Shown here piece after piece: positions 1 through 9,204 of a DNA stretch of 64,000 nt. The position numbers and the translations under genes are program-made. The DNA is taken from the IMG/VR virus record IMGVR_UViG_3300031566_000001, positions 1 to 64,000 of that record, one strand, 5' to 3'. The stretch's first letter is position 1, and each line of letters opens with the position of its first letter. Under the pieces are notes generated by a model that worked only from the letters and a program-made list of their open reading frames with translations, searched no databases and had not been told where the DNA came from. Origin of the DNA: a virus.

Positions 1-10
1 CAAGTACGGT

Positions 11-400
11 GTGGAGCGTTGGACGTTCGCCACGGACAAGGTCGAAGGGTTTGCGACGGTGCGTTTCGAGATGGAGCCGGGCCGTTGGGTGCGGGTGACC
101 TTACGGGTCAGGGCTGATGAAGGGGCCGGTGCCGATATGAGGCGGAAGACTAAATGGCGGAACCTTTTGGGTTCATGGAATCTTCAGGTTGATGGCTATC
201 CTGGCGCACCCCATCCGATGAGCGGCCTGGTCAGCTTTGGGAGTGCCCTGTCCGCCAAGGCTACGAGTTCCTTCGAGGGGTTGTTGTCACTTGTCACCAC
301 GGGCTATCTCACGCAGAGCAAAGGGGCTTCTGTGGAGGTGTCCCGTCATGCCAATTGTAAGTGTGCAATTGTTGACGATGTGAAGGATGAGCTGGAGTAG
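11..400 (+). CDS. hypothetical protein (may extend upstream of the window)
   Basis: 129-aa ORF at the window edge, no recognisable motif. Confidence 0.4.
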   Translation: MERWTFATDKVEGFATVRFEMEPGRWVRVTLRVRADEGAGADMRRKTKWRNLLGSWNLQVDGYPGAPHPMSGLVSFGSALSAKATSSFEGLLSLVTTGYLTQSKGASVEVSRHANCKCAIVDDVKDELE

Positions 401-414
401 TATTTGACCCCTAC

Positions 415-443
415 TTGACAAGCTGCTGGCTTTGTTGTATATT
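415..443 (+). promoter_or_regulatory. sigma70-type promoter
   Basis: TTGACA(415-420)-17 nt-TATATT(438-443). Confidence 0.8.
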
Positions 444-448
444 GATAG

Positions 449-614
449 TGCTACTGACAGCCACGGCTTTTTTGATTCAGAATAATAGGGGCCATGCGAG
501 AAGCCGGGCTAGTCAGTAGCAGACGGCAAGGCAAAGCGTGGCCCTTATGATTGGGGGTGCGGGTAGCCCTCCGATGCCGTTGAGTCCTAAGGTCAACTTG
601 GCACCCGCATCCCC
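449..614 (+). ncRNA. structured pseudoknotted leader RNA, copy A
   Basis: Long stem 449-472/498-521; loop 481-497 pairs 16/17 with 536-552; second hairpin 553-564/603-614; homologous copy with compensatory changes at 62317-62413. Confidence 0.7.
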
Positions 615-629
615 ATGAAGGGAGCAACA

Positions 630-1334
630 ATGAATTCACTCTGCGAGTGTGGTTGTGGCGAGCGGGTGAGCAAGCCAGGGAACCGGTTTGTCCTTGGGCA
701 CAACTGGCGTGGAAAGAGTGGCCCTAATACCCCCAACTGGCAGGGCGGCAAAAGGGAACTGGCTTGCCTCTTCTGTGGCGAGACGATTCTTCGGAAGAGG
801 AATCAGGCCGGCAAGTATAGCAAGCACTTCTGCCACATAGTATGCCGTGCCCAGTGGCTATCGGAAAATCGGACTGGCCGCAGCAATCCTGCTTGGACAG
901 GTGGCCCAATCGAAGTGAACTGCGCCGTCTGCGGTGAGACCATCCTCCGGACGAAGTATCAAGCCGACAGGTGTAGCGACCACTTCTGCGATATGGCGTG
1001 CAAAGCCCAGTGGCTATCGGAAAACCTGATTGGCCCCAACACTCCCAACTGGCAGGGCGGCAAGTCTTTTGAGCCGTATGGACTGGGGTTCAATGACGCA
1101 CTGAGATTGGCTGTCCGAGAACGCGATGAGTTCACTTGCCAACTGTGCGCCGTGCGGGAGAATGGCCGGGCGCATGACTGCCACCACGCGGACTATGTGA
1201 AAGTGAACAACGATCCTGAGAATCTTACTACGCTGTGTCAGGACTGTCATCGGAGAACGAACTACAACCGGGCCTTTTGGACGAACCTATTTCAAGCGCA
1301 GGTGAAGTTGAATGAATGGAGCTACCGGACCTGA
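630..1334 (+). CDS. HNH endonuclease with repeated Cys-rich (Zn-finger/NUMOD-like) N-terminal modules
   Basis: RERDEFTCQLC...HDCHH...NNDPENLTTLCQDCH HNH motif; repeated CxxCG...HFC...C.AQWLSEN..G...P.W.GG units; SD GGGAG before ATG 630. Confidence 0.85.
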   Translation: MNSLCECGCGERVSKPGNRFVLGHNWRGKSGPNTPNWQGGKRELACLFCGETILRKRNQAGKYSKHFCHIVCRAQWLSENRTGRSNPAWTGGPIEVNCAVCGETILRTKYQADRCSDHFCDMACKAQWLSENLIGPNTPNWQGGKSFEPYGLGFNDALRLAVRERDEFTCQLCAVRENGRAHDCHHADYVKVNNDPENLTTLCQDCHRRTNYNRAFWTNLFQAQVKLNEWSYRT

Positions 1335-1447
1335 ATATAAGGGCGCGGTGAGGCCTCGGGTAGACTGGAACCCATGTGCCCCGTTGCCCCCGCGCCCTTA
1401 GAAATGTCGGTTCGATAGTTCAAGGTCATGGTGAATAGAATATAGAC

Positions 1448-1476
1448 TTGACAAACCCCTAAAGCTACTGTATACT
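1448..1476 (+). promoter_or_regulatory. sigma70-type promoter
   Basis: TTGACA(1448)-17 nt-TATACT(1471). Confidence 0.8.
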
Positions 1477-1508
1477 ATTACGGATATCCCTGTCTACCCG
1501 GACGATGG

Positions 1509-1991
1509 GTGGGCGGGGCTTTGTCGTATATGGGGAAGAATCAGATGGGTGTTTATGAGGCAACACCGGTGTCAACGGAGATGCAGACTCGTGAATGGTT
1601 TGTAGCTCACATTGGACAATTTGACTATGACATCGTGAAGTCACAAGGGCCGTTCCCTGATTATGTGTTGAGAGATAAATTTGGGACTATGGTCCGGTGT
1701 GAGATTGAGTATGAAAGCAAGAACTTCATAGCACATCAGCATGACCCTAGGGATTGTGACTTGATAGTCTGTTGGATTCACAATGCGAATCTTCCCTTGT
1801 CAGTATTGGAACTATCTACCAAGAAATTATATAGGGCAAGTTTCATGCCAAGAAGAATACCAAATCACCAAAAGTTTCTGCAGTCACTAGCTATTGTGGG
1901 AAGTCCTGTCACTTCTTTTGACTATGCTTGTGCTAGGTTGAAACGGGCAAAACGCCAAGGTCTACGAGGTCTGCCAGAAATACTGGTTTGA
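1509..1991 (+). CDS. putative PD-(D/E)xK-like nuclease (moron)
   Basis: FPDY...CEIEYES..F..H.HD...CDLIVCW motif; visibly more AT-rich than its flanks; own promoter. Confidence 0.5.
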   Translation: MGGALSYMGKNQMGVYEATPVSTEMQTREWFVAHIGQFDYDIVKSQGPFPDYVLRDKFGTMVRCEIEYESKNFIAHQHDPRDCDLIVCWIHNANLPLSVLELSTKKLYRASFMPRRIPNHQKFLQSLAIVGSPVTSFDYACARLKRAKRQGLRGLPEILV

Positions 1992-2048
1992 GAATATCTG
2001 AATACACGTTGTATACAGGGTAGATGAACATCATAAAGGACTGAACCG

Positions 2049-2531
2049 ATGGCACATGATAAGCAAAGCCCATTCACCGTATCGAGGAAGGCCGTCATCG
2101 ACAAACGCAGGCAGATGATAGCGCAGCTCAGGCTGCGGGGTATGACGCAGCGTGAAATTGTGGAGAAGCTTCCTGCGCTTGAGATCATTAACCGGAAGAC
2201 GAATCGGCCCTATTCCCTGGGGATCATCAACAAGGACCTCCAGGTCATCCACGAGCAGTGGCGCACTGAGGCCGTGCAGGACATCGCGGAGCACGTGGCC
2301 CGCGTCTTGGCGGAGCTTCGTGAGGTCAAGCGGGCGGCATGGTCCGAGAAGGCGTTTGGGGACATCCTGAGAGCCATCGAGAAGGAGTGCAAGATACTCG
2401 GGATAGACAGCCCCGACAAGCAGATCATCCTCAATGCCGAGCTAGAGGAGTTCCTGTCTATGCTCCCGGAGGAGCACCAGAATGCAATCCGCAAGCTCAT
2501 CATCGCCAACCTTGGCGGAGGCGGCGCTTAG
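2049..2531 (+). CDS. terS: terminase small subunit
   Basis: N-terminal HTH (RLRGMTQREIVEKL), helical C-terminus, directly upstream of TerL. Confidence 0.7.
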   Translation: MAHDKQSPFTVSRKAVIDKRRQMIAQLRLRGMTQREIVEKLPALEIINRKTNRPYSLGIINKDLQVIHEQWRTEAVQDIAEHVARVLAELREVKRAAWSEKAFGDILRAIEKECKILGIDSPDKQIILNAELEEFLSMLPEEHQNAIRKLIIANLGGGGA

Positions 2532-4128
2532 GGGTCTGGACCCTGACGACTTTGCCAAGACGCTCGTGGGTTCCTTAGGGCATAAGTCTCAGGGACGTGT
2601 CCATGAGTGGGCCTTGCGCGGCACTCAGCAAAGTGCAGCGGACTGGGGTGAGCGGTACTTCTACATTGAGGACCCCTGCGACCCGGCTAGTGGGGACCCG
2701 CTCACACCCGGTCCCATTCAACTGATCCCCTTGCAGAAGGCGTTGCTCAAGGCGGCCTTGGACATCGACCTTGAGCTGGGTTACCGTTGGCAGAGCATCG
2801 TCTACAGCGCTACCAAGAAGTCGGGCAAATCCCGCCTTGCAGCCATGGTGGACGCCTGGGTGGCGGACCAGATGGGACCCTACGCCGAGGTGTACCTGGC
2901 GGCCAATGACGGGAAGCAGTCGGGGGACCGGCTGCTCAACTGCATCAAGCGCAGCATGGAGCTTAACCAGAAACTGGGTACGGGATTGCGTATGGCCCGG
3001 TGGCGCAAGCGGGGCGAGACCGTGGTGCTGCCTAACGGCTCCGTCATTGAGGCCATCCCGGTGGACCCCACGGGGCAGGCTGGGGCCAACCCCGCCTGCG
3101 TCACGTTCTCAGAGCTTTGGGGATACCGCCTGGAGCACAAGGCCCGGCTGTGGGCGGCCCTGACGCTATCGCCTACCAAGCGGGGCATGTCCTTCCGGTG
3201 GGTGGACACCTATGCAGGCTACGAGGGTGAGAGCGAAACCTTGGAGAACCTGTATGAGCAGGGCGTGAACCAGGGCCGCTACTGGGTGGACTGGGCGCGG
3301 GAGAGTCATTGGGTTGAGATGGGCAAGCCGGAGGAAAGGAAGCAACGGGAGCAGGTCATAGCTACCTTGGATCAGGACGAGATACCCCTGTTCGTTAACG
3401 AGGCCTCGCGCTTGTGGTGCTACTGGGAGACTGAGCCCCGGTTCCCCTGGCAGACCGAGGCATACTATCAGGAGCAGGCCGCGGCCCTCACGGACATGGA
3501 GTACCGCCGGGTGCACAAGAACGAGTGGGTCACCTCGGAGGATGTGTTCGTGCCTATTGAGTGGTGGAAGGGGTGCCAGGCCGATGAGTTCCCACCCTTG
3601 CAGCCAGGTGAGCAGGTGGTCCTGGGTGTGGACGCGGCGGTAAGCGGCGACTCATTTGCGGTGGTGGGCGTTACGAGGCACCCTGCGGCCCCTGAGACCC
3701 ACGTAGCGGTGCGCTACAGCCGGGTATGGTATCCGCCCAAGGGTGGCAAGCTGGACTTCGAGCCTATCGATCAGGAGATAAGGCGCTTCTGTGCGGAGCA
3801 TAAGGTGGTGGAGGTGGCCTTCGACCGCTGGCAGATGCACAAGATGGCTACGGACCAGGTCAAGGACTACGTGGCCCACTGGCGCGAGTTCAGTCAGCAG
3901 GGGGAGCGCCTGGAGGCCGATGTGCAGTTGTATCAGCTCATCCGGGCACGAGAGATAGTCCATGACGGGACACATGGGGAACTGACCCAACACATCGCCA
4001 ATGCTAACAGCAAGATGAGCAAGGAGGAGGAGACCCGGCTGCGGATCGTCAAGAGTAAACGGGGTAAAATTGATGCGTGTGTGGCCCTGAGCATGGCGGC
4101 GCACCGGTGTTTGTACCTGAACTTATAG
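2482..4128 (+). CDS. terL: terminase large subunit
   Basis: Walker A-like SATKKSGKS, Walker B-like VTFSELW, RNase H nuclease VLGVDAA..GD and KIDACVALSMA. Confidence 0.92.
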   Translation: MQSASSSSPTLAEAALRGLDPDDFAKTLVGSLGHKSQGRVHEWALRGTQQSAADWGERYFYIEDPCDPASGDPLTPGPIQLIPLQKALLKAALDIDLELGYRWQSIVYSATKKSGKSRLAAMVDAWVADQMGPYAEVYLAANDGKQSGDRLLNCIKRSMELNQKLGTGLRMARWRKRGETVVLPNGSVIEAIPVDPTGQAGANPACVTFSELWGYRLEHKARLWAALTLSPTKRGMSFRWVDTYAGYEGESETLENLYEQGVNQGRYWVDWARESHWVEMGKPEERKQREQVIATLDQDEIPLFVNEASRLWCYWETEPRFPWQTEAYYQEQAAALTDMEYRRVHKNEWVTSEDVFVPIEWWKGCQADEFPPLQPGEQVVLGVDAAVSGDSFAVVGVTRHPAAPETHVAVRYSRVWYPPKGGKLDFEPIDQEIRRFCAEHKVVEVAFDRWQMHKMATDQVKDYVAHWREFSQQGERLEADVQLYQLIRAREIVHDGTHGELTQHIANANSKMSKEEETRLRIVKSKRGKIDACVALSMAAHRCLYLNL

Positions 4129-4192
4129 AATCGCACCCAGGCTACTGTGGCGCGTTCTAAGGCGTTTGTGGATAGAATAAGGGGTATCCCAC

Positions 4193-4750
4193 ATGCCTAA
4201 CACGGTAATCATTGCGGGCAGGAACTACACTGACCCAGACAGGCCAGCACAGGCTCCGCACATTGACGCGGATGGTACTGCGTATATCAGGACGCTGGGT
4301 CAGAGCGACGTGGTGATGCTGTCCGAACCAGCACTAGCGGCCGCCAGGGCGGGAACGGCATTCTGCCGCAAGGTGAACAGTAAAGCGGGCATCAATGGTG
4401 CGCCAACGGTGCTGACGGATGCGGGCCTGCTCAGGGCAACGACGGCGGGCTACAGGGACGTTATCACTTGCCTCTATGCCTATCTGAGCACATTCAGCGA
4501 TTCGTGTGAGTTTGAGATAGGTTACACGGTAAACGCGGATGGCACCGGGGCATTTACGGCGATGACGATGATGTTTGGTCTTGATACTGGCGCTGCCTCT
4601 TCGGTGCCTTCACCAAGCCTTACGATGCTTAGTCCACCCATTGTCATCACGCCAGCCATGGGCGGGGCATGGACCATCAGGGCACAGACCAATGATGTAG
4701 GTGCAACGGTGACGTTCGGCATGAACGGGTGGCGAGAACCTATCACCTAA
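4193..4750 (+). CDS. hypothetical beta-rich putative virion protein
   Basis: 185-aa ORF, A/T/G-rich, good SD, inside the packaging/head module. Confidence 0.5.
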   Translation: MPNTVIIAGRNYTDPDRPAQAPHIDADGTAYIRTLGQSDVVMLSEPALAAARAGTAFCRKVNSKAGINGAPTVLTDAGLLRATTAGYRDVITCLYAYLSTFSDSCEFEIGYTVNADGTGAFTAMTMMFGLDTGAASSVPSPSLTMLSPPIVITPAMGGAWTIRAQTNDVGATVTFGMNGWREPIT

Positions 4751-4761
4751 GAGGACTAATC

Positions 4762-4807
4762 CTTTGTCAGCAAAAGAAGCTGGCTAGAATCCTTTTGCGC
4801 AAAAGGA
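4762..4807. promoter_or_regulatory. paired palindromic operator CTTTTGC(N0-2)GCAAAAG
   Basis: Perfect palindrome TCCTTTTGCGCAAAAGGA at 4790-4807 plus a degenerate copy at 4762-4776; motif recurs at 7 intergenic sites. Confidence 0.65.
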
Positions 4808-4819
4808 AGGGGACCTGAG

Positions 4820-5215
4820 ATGGCAAGGGTGGAGATAGCGGGGCGCGGCCAGGACAGTGCTACGCCCATCGGTGCTGTATTCAGTGAGCAGGGTATCATC
4901 ATCCCGCCTTATGATGACTTGGTTAGTTACGGACTGACCGATGTGCCTGCCGTCAACAAGGCGATATACACGCCCAGCGCCAGCTTCCGGTTCATCCCTC
5001 AGTTGGTCGTGATGTCCTGTGAGGGGGCGCAGGTCTTTACCTTCACTTGCGGGACCTGGCACATGACCATTTATATCTCTGGGCAGTCGGGGGGCACGGA
5101 GGTCGTTCCCTTCGTCGGTGGGGGCCTGCGGCTGGCTCGGCTGCCGTTGCTGTTGACCACGCCCAACGCGGTGAATCACTACGTGGGCTTTATGGGTAGG
5201 CAGGTGGCGGAATGA
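4820..5215 (+). CDS. hypothetical putative virion protein, paralog of 5212-5598
   Basis: N-terminus MARVEIAGRGQDSATPIGAVFSEQG; GGGLRL motif shared with the next ORF. Confidence 0.6.
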   Translation: MARVEIAGRGQDSATPIGAVFSEQGIIIPPYDDLVSYGLTDVPAVNKAIYTPSASFRFIPQLVVMSCEGAQVFTFTCGTWHMTIYISGQSGGTEVVPFVGGGLRLARLPLLLTTPNAVNHYVGFMGRQVAE

Positions 5216-5598
5216 CCAGGGTAGAGATAGCGGGTGCGGGCGTAGACAGTAGGACACCGGTAGGGGCCGTGTTCGGTGAGAGCGGGCGCATCGAGAAGCC
5301 CTACAGGCACTACCAGTGGGACCGGCAGGCCCTGGCCCAGACAGACAAACTACTGTGGGGACCTGCACCGGGCCAGTCCATCGTGCTCATGGGGCTGATA
5401 GCCTCCAGTGACACGGCCATGACCGTCACCTTTTACCTGGGCGTGCGGCGGCTGTACTTGGACCTGCCCGCTAACGGCGGGGCCAATATCCTGTTTCCTG
5501 GGGGCGGGCTGAAGCTGCCCACCGGGGAGCGGATTATCTACACTTCCTCAGCGGCGGGGAATCACGGGGTAGCCGCTTACGGCGATGAGGAGCCATAA
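5212..5598 (+). CDS. hypothetical putative virion protein, paralog of 4820-5215
   Basis: MTRVEIAGAGVDSRTPVGAVFGESG; GGGLKL; ATGA coupling. Confidence 0.6.
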   Translation: MTRVEIAGAGVDSRTPVGAVFGESGRIEKPYRHYQWDRQALAQTDKLLWGPAPGQSIVLMGLIASSDTAMTVTFYLGVRRLYLDLPANGGANILFPGGGLKLPTGERIIYTSSAAGNHGVAAYGDEEP

Positions 5599-6336
5599 GT
5601 GCCTGAGTGGATGCGGAACAGGTTTTGGGGACCGAGTGGCAATGGGTTGCTGAACAACCTCATCGCCTACTGGCCTGGGAATGAGGTAGCGGGCAACGCA
5701 CTGGACCTCCACGTCAACGCCTTGCACCTTACTGATGTCAATACCGTCACAAGCAACCCTGGCCTGGTTTATCCGCTGGCAAGGCAGCATACAGCGGCGA
5801 CCAACGAATACTTTTGGAAGGTCGATGACCCCTTTCTTAGTACGGGGGATGTGGATTTTACCGCTGCGCAATGCCTATATATGGATTCCAAACCTGTTGC
5901 CAGCATGGCCTCCGCACAGAAATGGGATGGGGTAATGAACGAATGGCTAATGGGGTGGCAAGTGGCGTCCGACCGCTTTCGGTTCCGAGTTGTTGGAAAT
6001 GAAATAACGGCCAACTCATTCGGCGCACCGAATCTAGCGACATGGTATCTGGTGATAGGATGGTACGACTCGGTAGCGGACACCGCGAACGTTCAAGTGA
6101 ACAACGGAGTAGTGGATACGCTACCCGCCGTGGCTGCGCCAGCCGATACCGCAGCTAGGTTTGCAATAGGGTGTGTCAATCCGATTGCTGCACCTAGCCA
6201 ATATTGGGACGGTCGGATCGGCCCGACGATATTCTGGAAGAGCGCGGCTGGGGCAGGCGGGGTAAAAACGCCAGCGGAGCGGACGGCGCTTTGGAATGGC
6301 GGGGTTCCGTTACAATACACGGAGTTGACACTATGA
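5599..6336 (+). CDS. LamG/concanavalin A-like lectin-fold virion protein
   Basis: LIAYWPGNE..GNALD N-terminus; WYLVIGWYD, YWDGRIG, ERTALWNGG C-terminus typical of phage LamG domains. Confidence 0.7.
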   Translation: MPEWMRNRFWGPSGNGLLNNLIAYWPGNEVAGNALDLHVNALHLTDVNTVTSNPGLVYPLARQHTAATNEYFWKVDDPFLSTGDVDFTAAQCLYMDSKPVASMASAQKWDGVMNEWLMGWQVASDRFRFRVVGNEITANSFGAPNLATWYLVIGWYDSVADTANVQVNNGVVDTLPAVAAPADTAARFAIGCVNPIAAPSQYWDGRIGPTIFWKSAAGAGGVKTPAERTALWNGGVPLQYTELTL

Positions 6337-6920
6337 TAGATGAACTGAGGGAATTGGTCTCGATGCTAGAGTCCAGTATGAAGCCAGCTGAGGTTGTTGC
6401 CTATCTCCGGGCTAGGTATCCCGAGAAGGAGATCAAGCTCGTACTTGATGGGCTACCCTATCATGTGGACACGGATGTCAGCGTAGACGAGCACGGCAAC
6501 AGGGCGTGTCACGCCTATGACATCAAAAACTACTACGATGGGGAGCTGGTAGGCAGGCTCCGCACGATTTGGACCTACTGGGACGCCGAGAGAAGCATCG
6601 TGCGGGATATGATCGTTGATGACGGCGTGGGCAGTATGCGGCGGACCATTGTCCACCATCGCCCGAACGGTGAGCCGGAATCGGTCGAGACGCTGGCGAT
6701 TGAATCGCAGCTGGAGAAGACCAGTGAGGTCTCCCCAGGCATCGAGGGGCTGCCAGAACCGATCATCGAGGCCATATTGGAGCCGGTTGTTGTAGAGCAA
6801 CCCGTCATGGCTGTGGAGGTCATACAGGAGCCAGCTATCATCGAGGTGCCACTGACCAGGTGGCAGCGGTTCAAGAAGCGGGCGGAAAAGATATTCTTCC
6901 TGCTGCCGGACGACGTATAA
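6333..6920 (+). CDS. hypothetical protein with acidic E/P/V/I-rich C-terminus
   Basis: ATGA overlap with the previous stop gives a likely start at 6333. Confidence 0.55.
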   Translation: MIDELRELVSMLESSMKPAEVVAYLRARYPEKEIKLVLDGLPYHVDTDVSVDEHGNRACHAYDIKNYYDGELVGRLRTIWTYWDAERSIVRDMIVDDGVGSMRRTIVHHRPNGEPESVETLAIESQLEKTSEVSPGIEGLPEPIIEAILEPVVVEQPVMAVEVIQEPAIIEVPLTRWQRFKKRAEKIFFLLPDDV

Positions 6921-6929
6921 GGGGAAGGC

Positions 6930-9191
6930 ATGGCTAAGAAGCACAAAGCAGCTACAAGGGTCAAGGACAAGGAACTAGCACTCCTAGACAAGGACGCTAA
7001 GGCGCTTCTGGAGTCTGAGAAGAAGCGCGGGGTTCCTGAGGACGTGGCGGCTGCAGCCAAGGCGTCTGTGAAGGAACCTGCCCCTACAGGCTGGGGCGGC
7101 AGCCAGGTGTTCCTGTTCCAGATGGCCCTCAGGGCGGATGAGGCCCCTATGTGGTGGACCGTGGAACGCGATGCGTGGCTGCGGTCATTCTGGAGCACTG
7201 CGCCATTCCTGCCGGGGGTCATCTATTCCATCGCCACCCGCAACGCCGCCTTCCGCTTTGAGTTCACCGGGCCGGATGCGCAGGTGCAGTACGCCAAGGA
7301 CCTCACAGCTCAGGCGGACCTTGGGGCGGGCTGGCAATCATTCATCATGAAGCTCACACAGGACCTCTTGACGCAGGACAATGGGGCCTTCATCGAGGTT
7401 ATCCGGCCTGCCAGGGTACGCACCGAGAAGGGGCTGCTCCAAGCGGTCAAGGCCCTGGACAAGGACGGAGAGATGTCCTGGCACAAGGTGTGGCGGAACC
7501 AGTTGCTTCCCATCGACCTGGAGGAGTACAAGATTGAGGACTCACAACAGGACCCGCCGCTGGGCATAGCGCACCTGGACGCGGGCCGCTGCCAGAGGAC
7601 GGGGGACATTGACTTCCCTGTGGTCTACAGGGACCGCAAGAATAAGAAGCACAAGTTGGCATGGTGGCAGGTCATCACCCTGGAGGACATGCCCAGCCCT
7701 ATCGAGGACATGAACGACGTGGGCTTCTGCGCGGTGTCCCGGATACTGAGGGCGGCGCAGATCCTACGGGACGTGTCAGTCTACAAGCAGGAGAAAATCA
7801 GTGGCCGCTTTGCGGGTTCCGTGTGGCTCACTAACGTGGATGCGACGCGCATCACGGACGCGGTGAAGCAGGCTAAGACCAATGCGGACCAGTTGGGGCT
7901 GTCGCGGTATATGCCGCCCATCATCGCATCGGTCCTAGACCCAAAGGCTGACCCGAAGGCGATAGAGCTCGCCCTGGCCTCACTACCTGACGGCTTCGAT
8001 GAGGAGATCGCCCTTCGTTGGTACATCACGGAGGTGGCCTTGGGTACGGGGGTGGACTACACCTACCTGGCACCGTTACCGGGACAGGGGTTGGGCACGG
8101 CGAGCCAGGTGGAGACCATGGCCCGGCAGACCAAGGGCAAGTCGTCCCGGCTGTTCATGGCCATGCTGGAGTTCAAGTTCAGGTATCACGGTCTGTTGCC
8201 GGGCGACGTGAGCATGGAGTTCGTAGAGGTGGACGCGGAGGAGGAGGAGACCCGTGACGCAGCGGCGGAACGCAGGGCCAAGACACGCAGCACCCGCATC
8301 CTGAGCGGTGAGATCAATCCTCAGATCGCCCGGCAGATTGCGGTGGATGATGGGGACCTGAACCCGGACTACCTGGACCAGATATCAGAGGAGGATGCTA
8401 CCCCGGAGCTTACAGAATCACCGGAGGAAGAGGCCACGGACGTGGGGGACATCACTGAGGAGTCTCAGGAGAAGGGCTTCTGGACGCGCCTCAAGGCCCT
8501 GGGGGACCGGTTACAGCTAAGGCGCAAGGGTTCCGGCTACGAGGACGCGGTGAACGCCTACGCGGAGCGCCTGGTTGCCGCGTACGATGAATGGGCCGAG
8601 AAGTGGGCTGGGCTTATCGCTAAGGCGGACCTGCTGAACCGGGACCTGCTCATCAGGCAGGCGGCCAACGAGATAGACGACATCATGCAGAAGATCGCAA
8701 AAGAGGGCTTGCCGGAGGCGTACCTGTTGGGTTCTGACCAGGATGAGGATATGGAGGACGAAATATCCCAGGGCGGCAGCCTTGCCATAGAGGCCTACAC
8801 GGACCGCAACCTGCGCTTCCTGGAGTTCAGCCTGAATCCCGACGTGCAGACCAAGCTCAAGGGGCTGGGTGATGAAGGGTTAAAGGATGCGGGGGCCGTG
8901 CTGAGCGTCCTGGGCACCTTTAGAGGCCGTGTGGCGACGTATGCGGGTCCGTACTGGGTGATGATATGGAAAGGTACGGAAGAGCGAGTCAAGACGCAGG
9001 GGCAGGCTCAAGGGCGTGTGATTAAGGTGACGCGGCACTCGGACAATCGGGCAGAGCACTGTGATACCTGCCCGCCCAAGGCTGGTGCGTACAAGTCCTG
9101 GGATGAGATGATCGCAGAGTGCGGCGGGGTCCCGGCGGATGGGTCGGACGATTGCGGTTGTAATTGCAGGTGCTGGATCGCGCTAGGATAG
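6930..9191 (+). CDS. portal protein fused to a MuF/gp7-like head morphogenesis domain
   Basis: Position after TerL; portal-like core (QDLLTQDNGAFIEVI, HLDAGRC); acidic linker; C-terminal HCDTC...CGCNCRC typical of MuF. Confidence 0.75.
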   Translation: MAKKHKAATRVKDKELALLDKDAKALLESEKKRGVPEDVAAAAKASVKEPAPTGWGGSQVFLFQMALRADEAPMWWTVERDAWLRSFWSTAPFLPGVIYSIATRNAAFRFEFTGPDAQVQYAKDLTAQADLGAGWQSFIMKLTQDLLTQDNGAFIEVIRPARVRTEKGLLQAVKALDKDGEMSWHKVWRNQLLPIDLEEYKIEDSQQDPPLGIAHLDAGRCQRTGDIDFPVVYRDRKNKKHKLAWWQVITLEDMPSPIEDMNDVGFCAVSRILRAAQILRDVSVYKQEKISGRFAGSVWLTNVDATRITDAVKQAKTNADQLGLSRYMPPIIASVLDPKADPKAIELALASLPDGFDEEIALRWYITEVALGTGVDYTYLAPLPGQGLGTASQVETMARQTKGKSSRLFMAMLEFKFRYHGLLPGDVSMEFVEVDAEEEETRDAAAERRAKTRSTRILSGEINPQIARQIAVDDGDLNPDYLDQISEEDATPELTESPEEEATDVGDITEESQEKGFWTRLKALGDRLQLRRKGSGYEDAVNAYAERLVAAYDEWAEKWAGLIAKADLLNRDLLIRQAANEIDDIMQKIAKEGLPEAYLLGSDQDEDMEDEISQGGSLAIEAYTDRNLRFLEFSLNPDVQTKLKGLGDEGLKDAGAVLSVLGTFRGRVATYAGPYWVMIWKGTEERVKTQGQAQGRVIKVTRHSDNRAEHCDTCPPKAGAYKSWDEMIAECGGVPADGSDDCGCNCRCWIALG

Positions 9192-9204
9192 ATTGGAGGG
9201 CACA

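Noticed and set aside
449-614. HEARO/IscB-type OMEGA system
   Set aside because: The downstream protein is a 234-aa Zn-repeat HNH with no PLMP or RuvC motifs, and the RNA does not resemble an IscB omegaRNA as far as I can judge.
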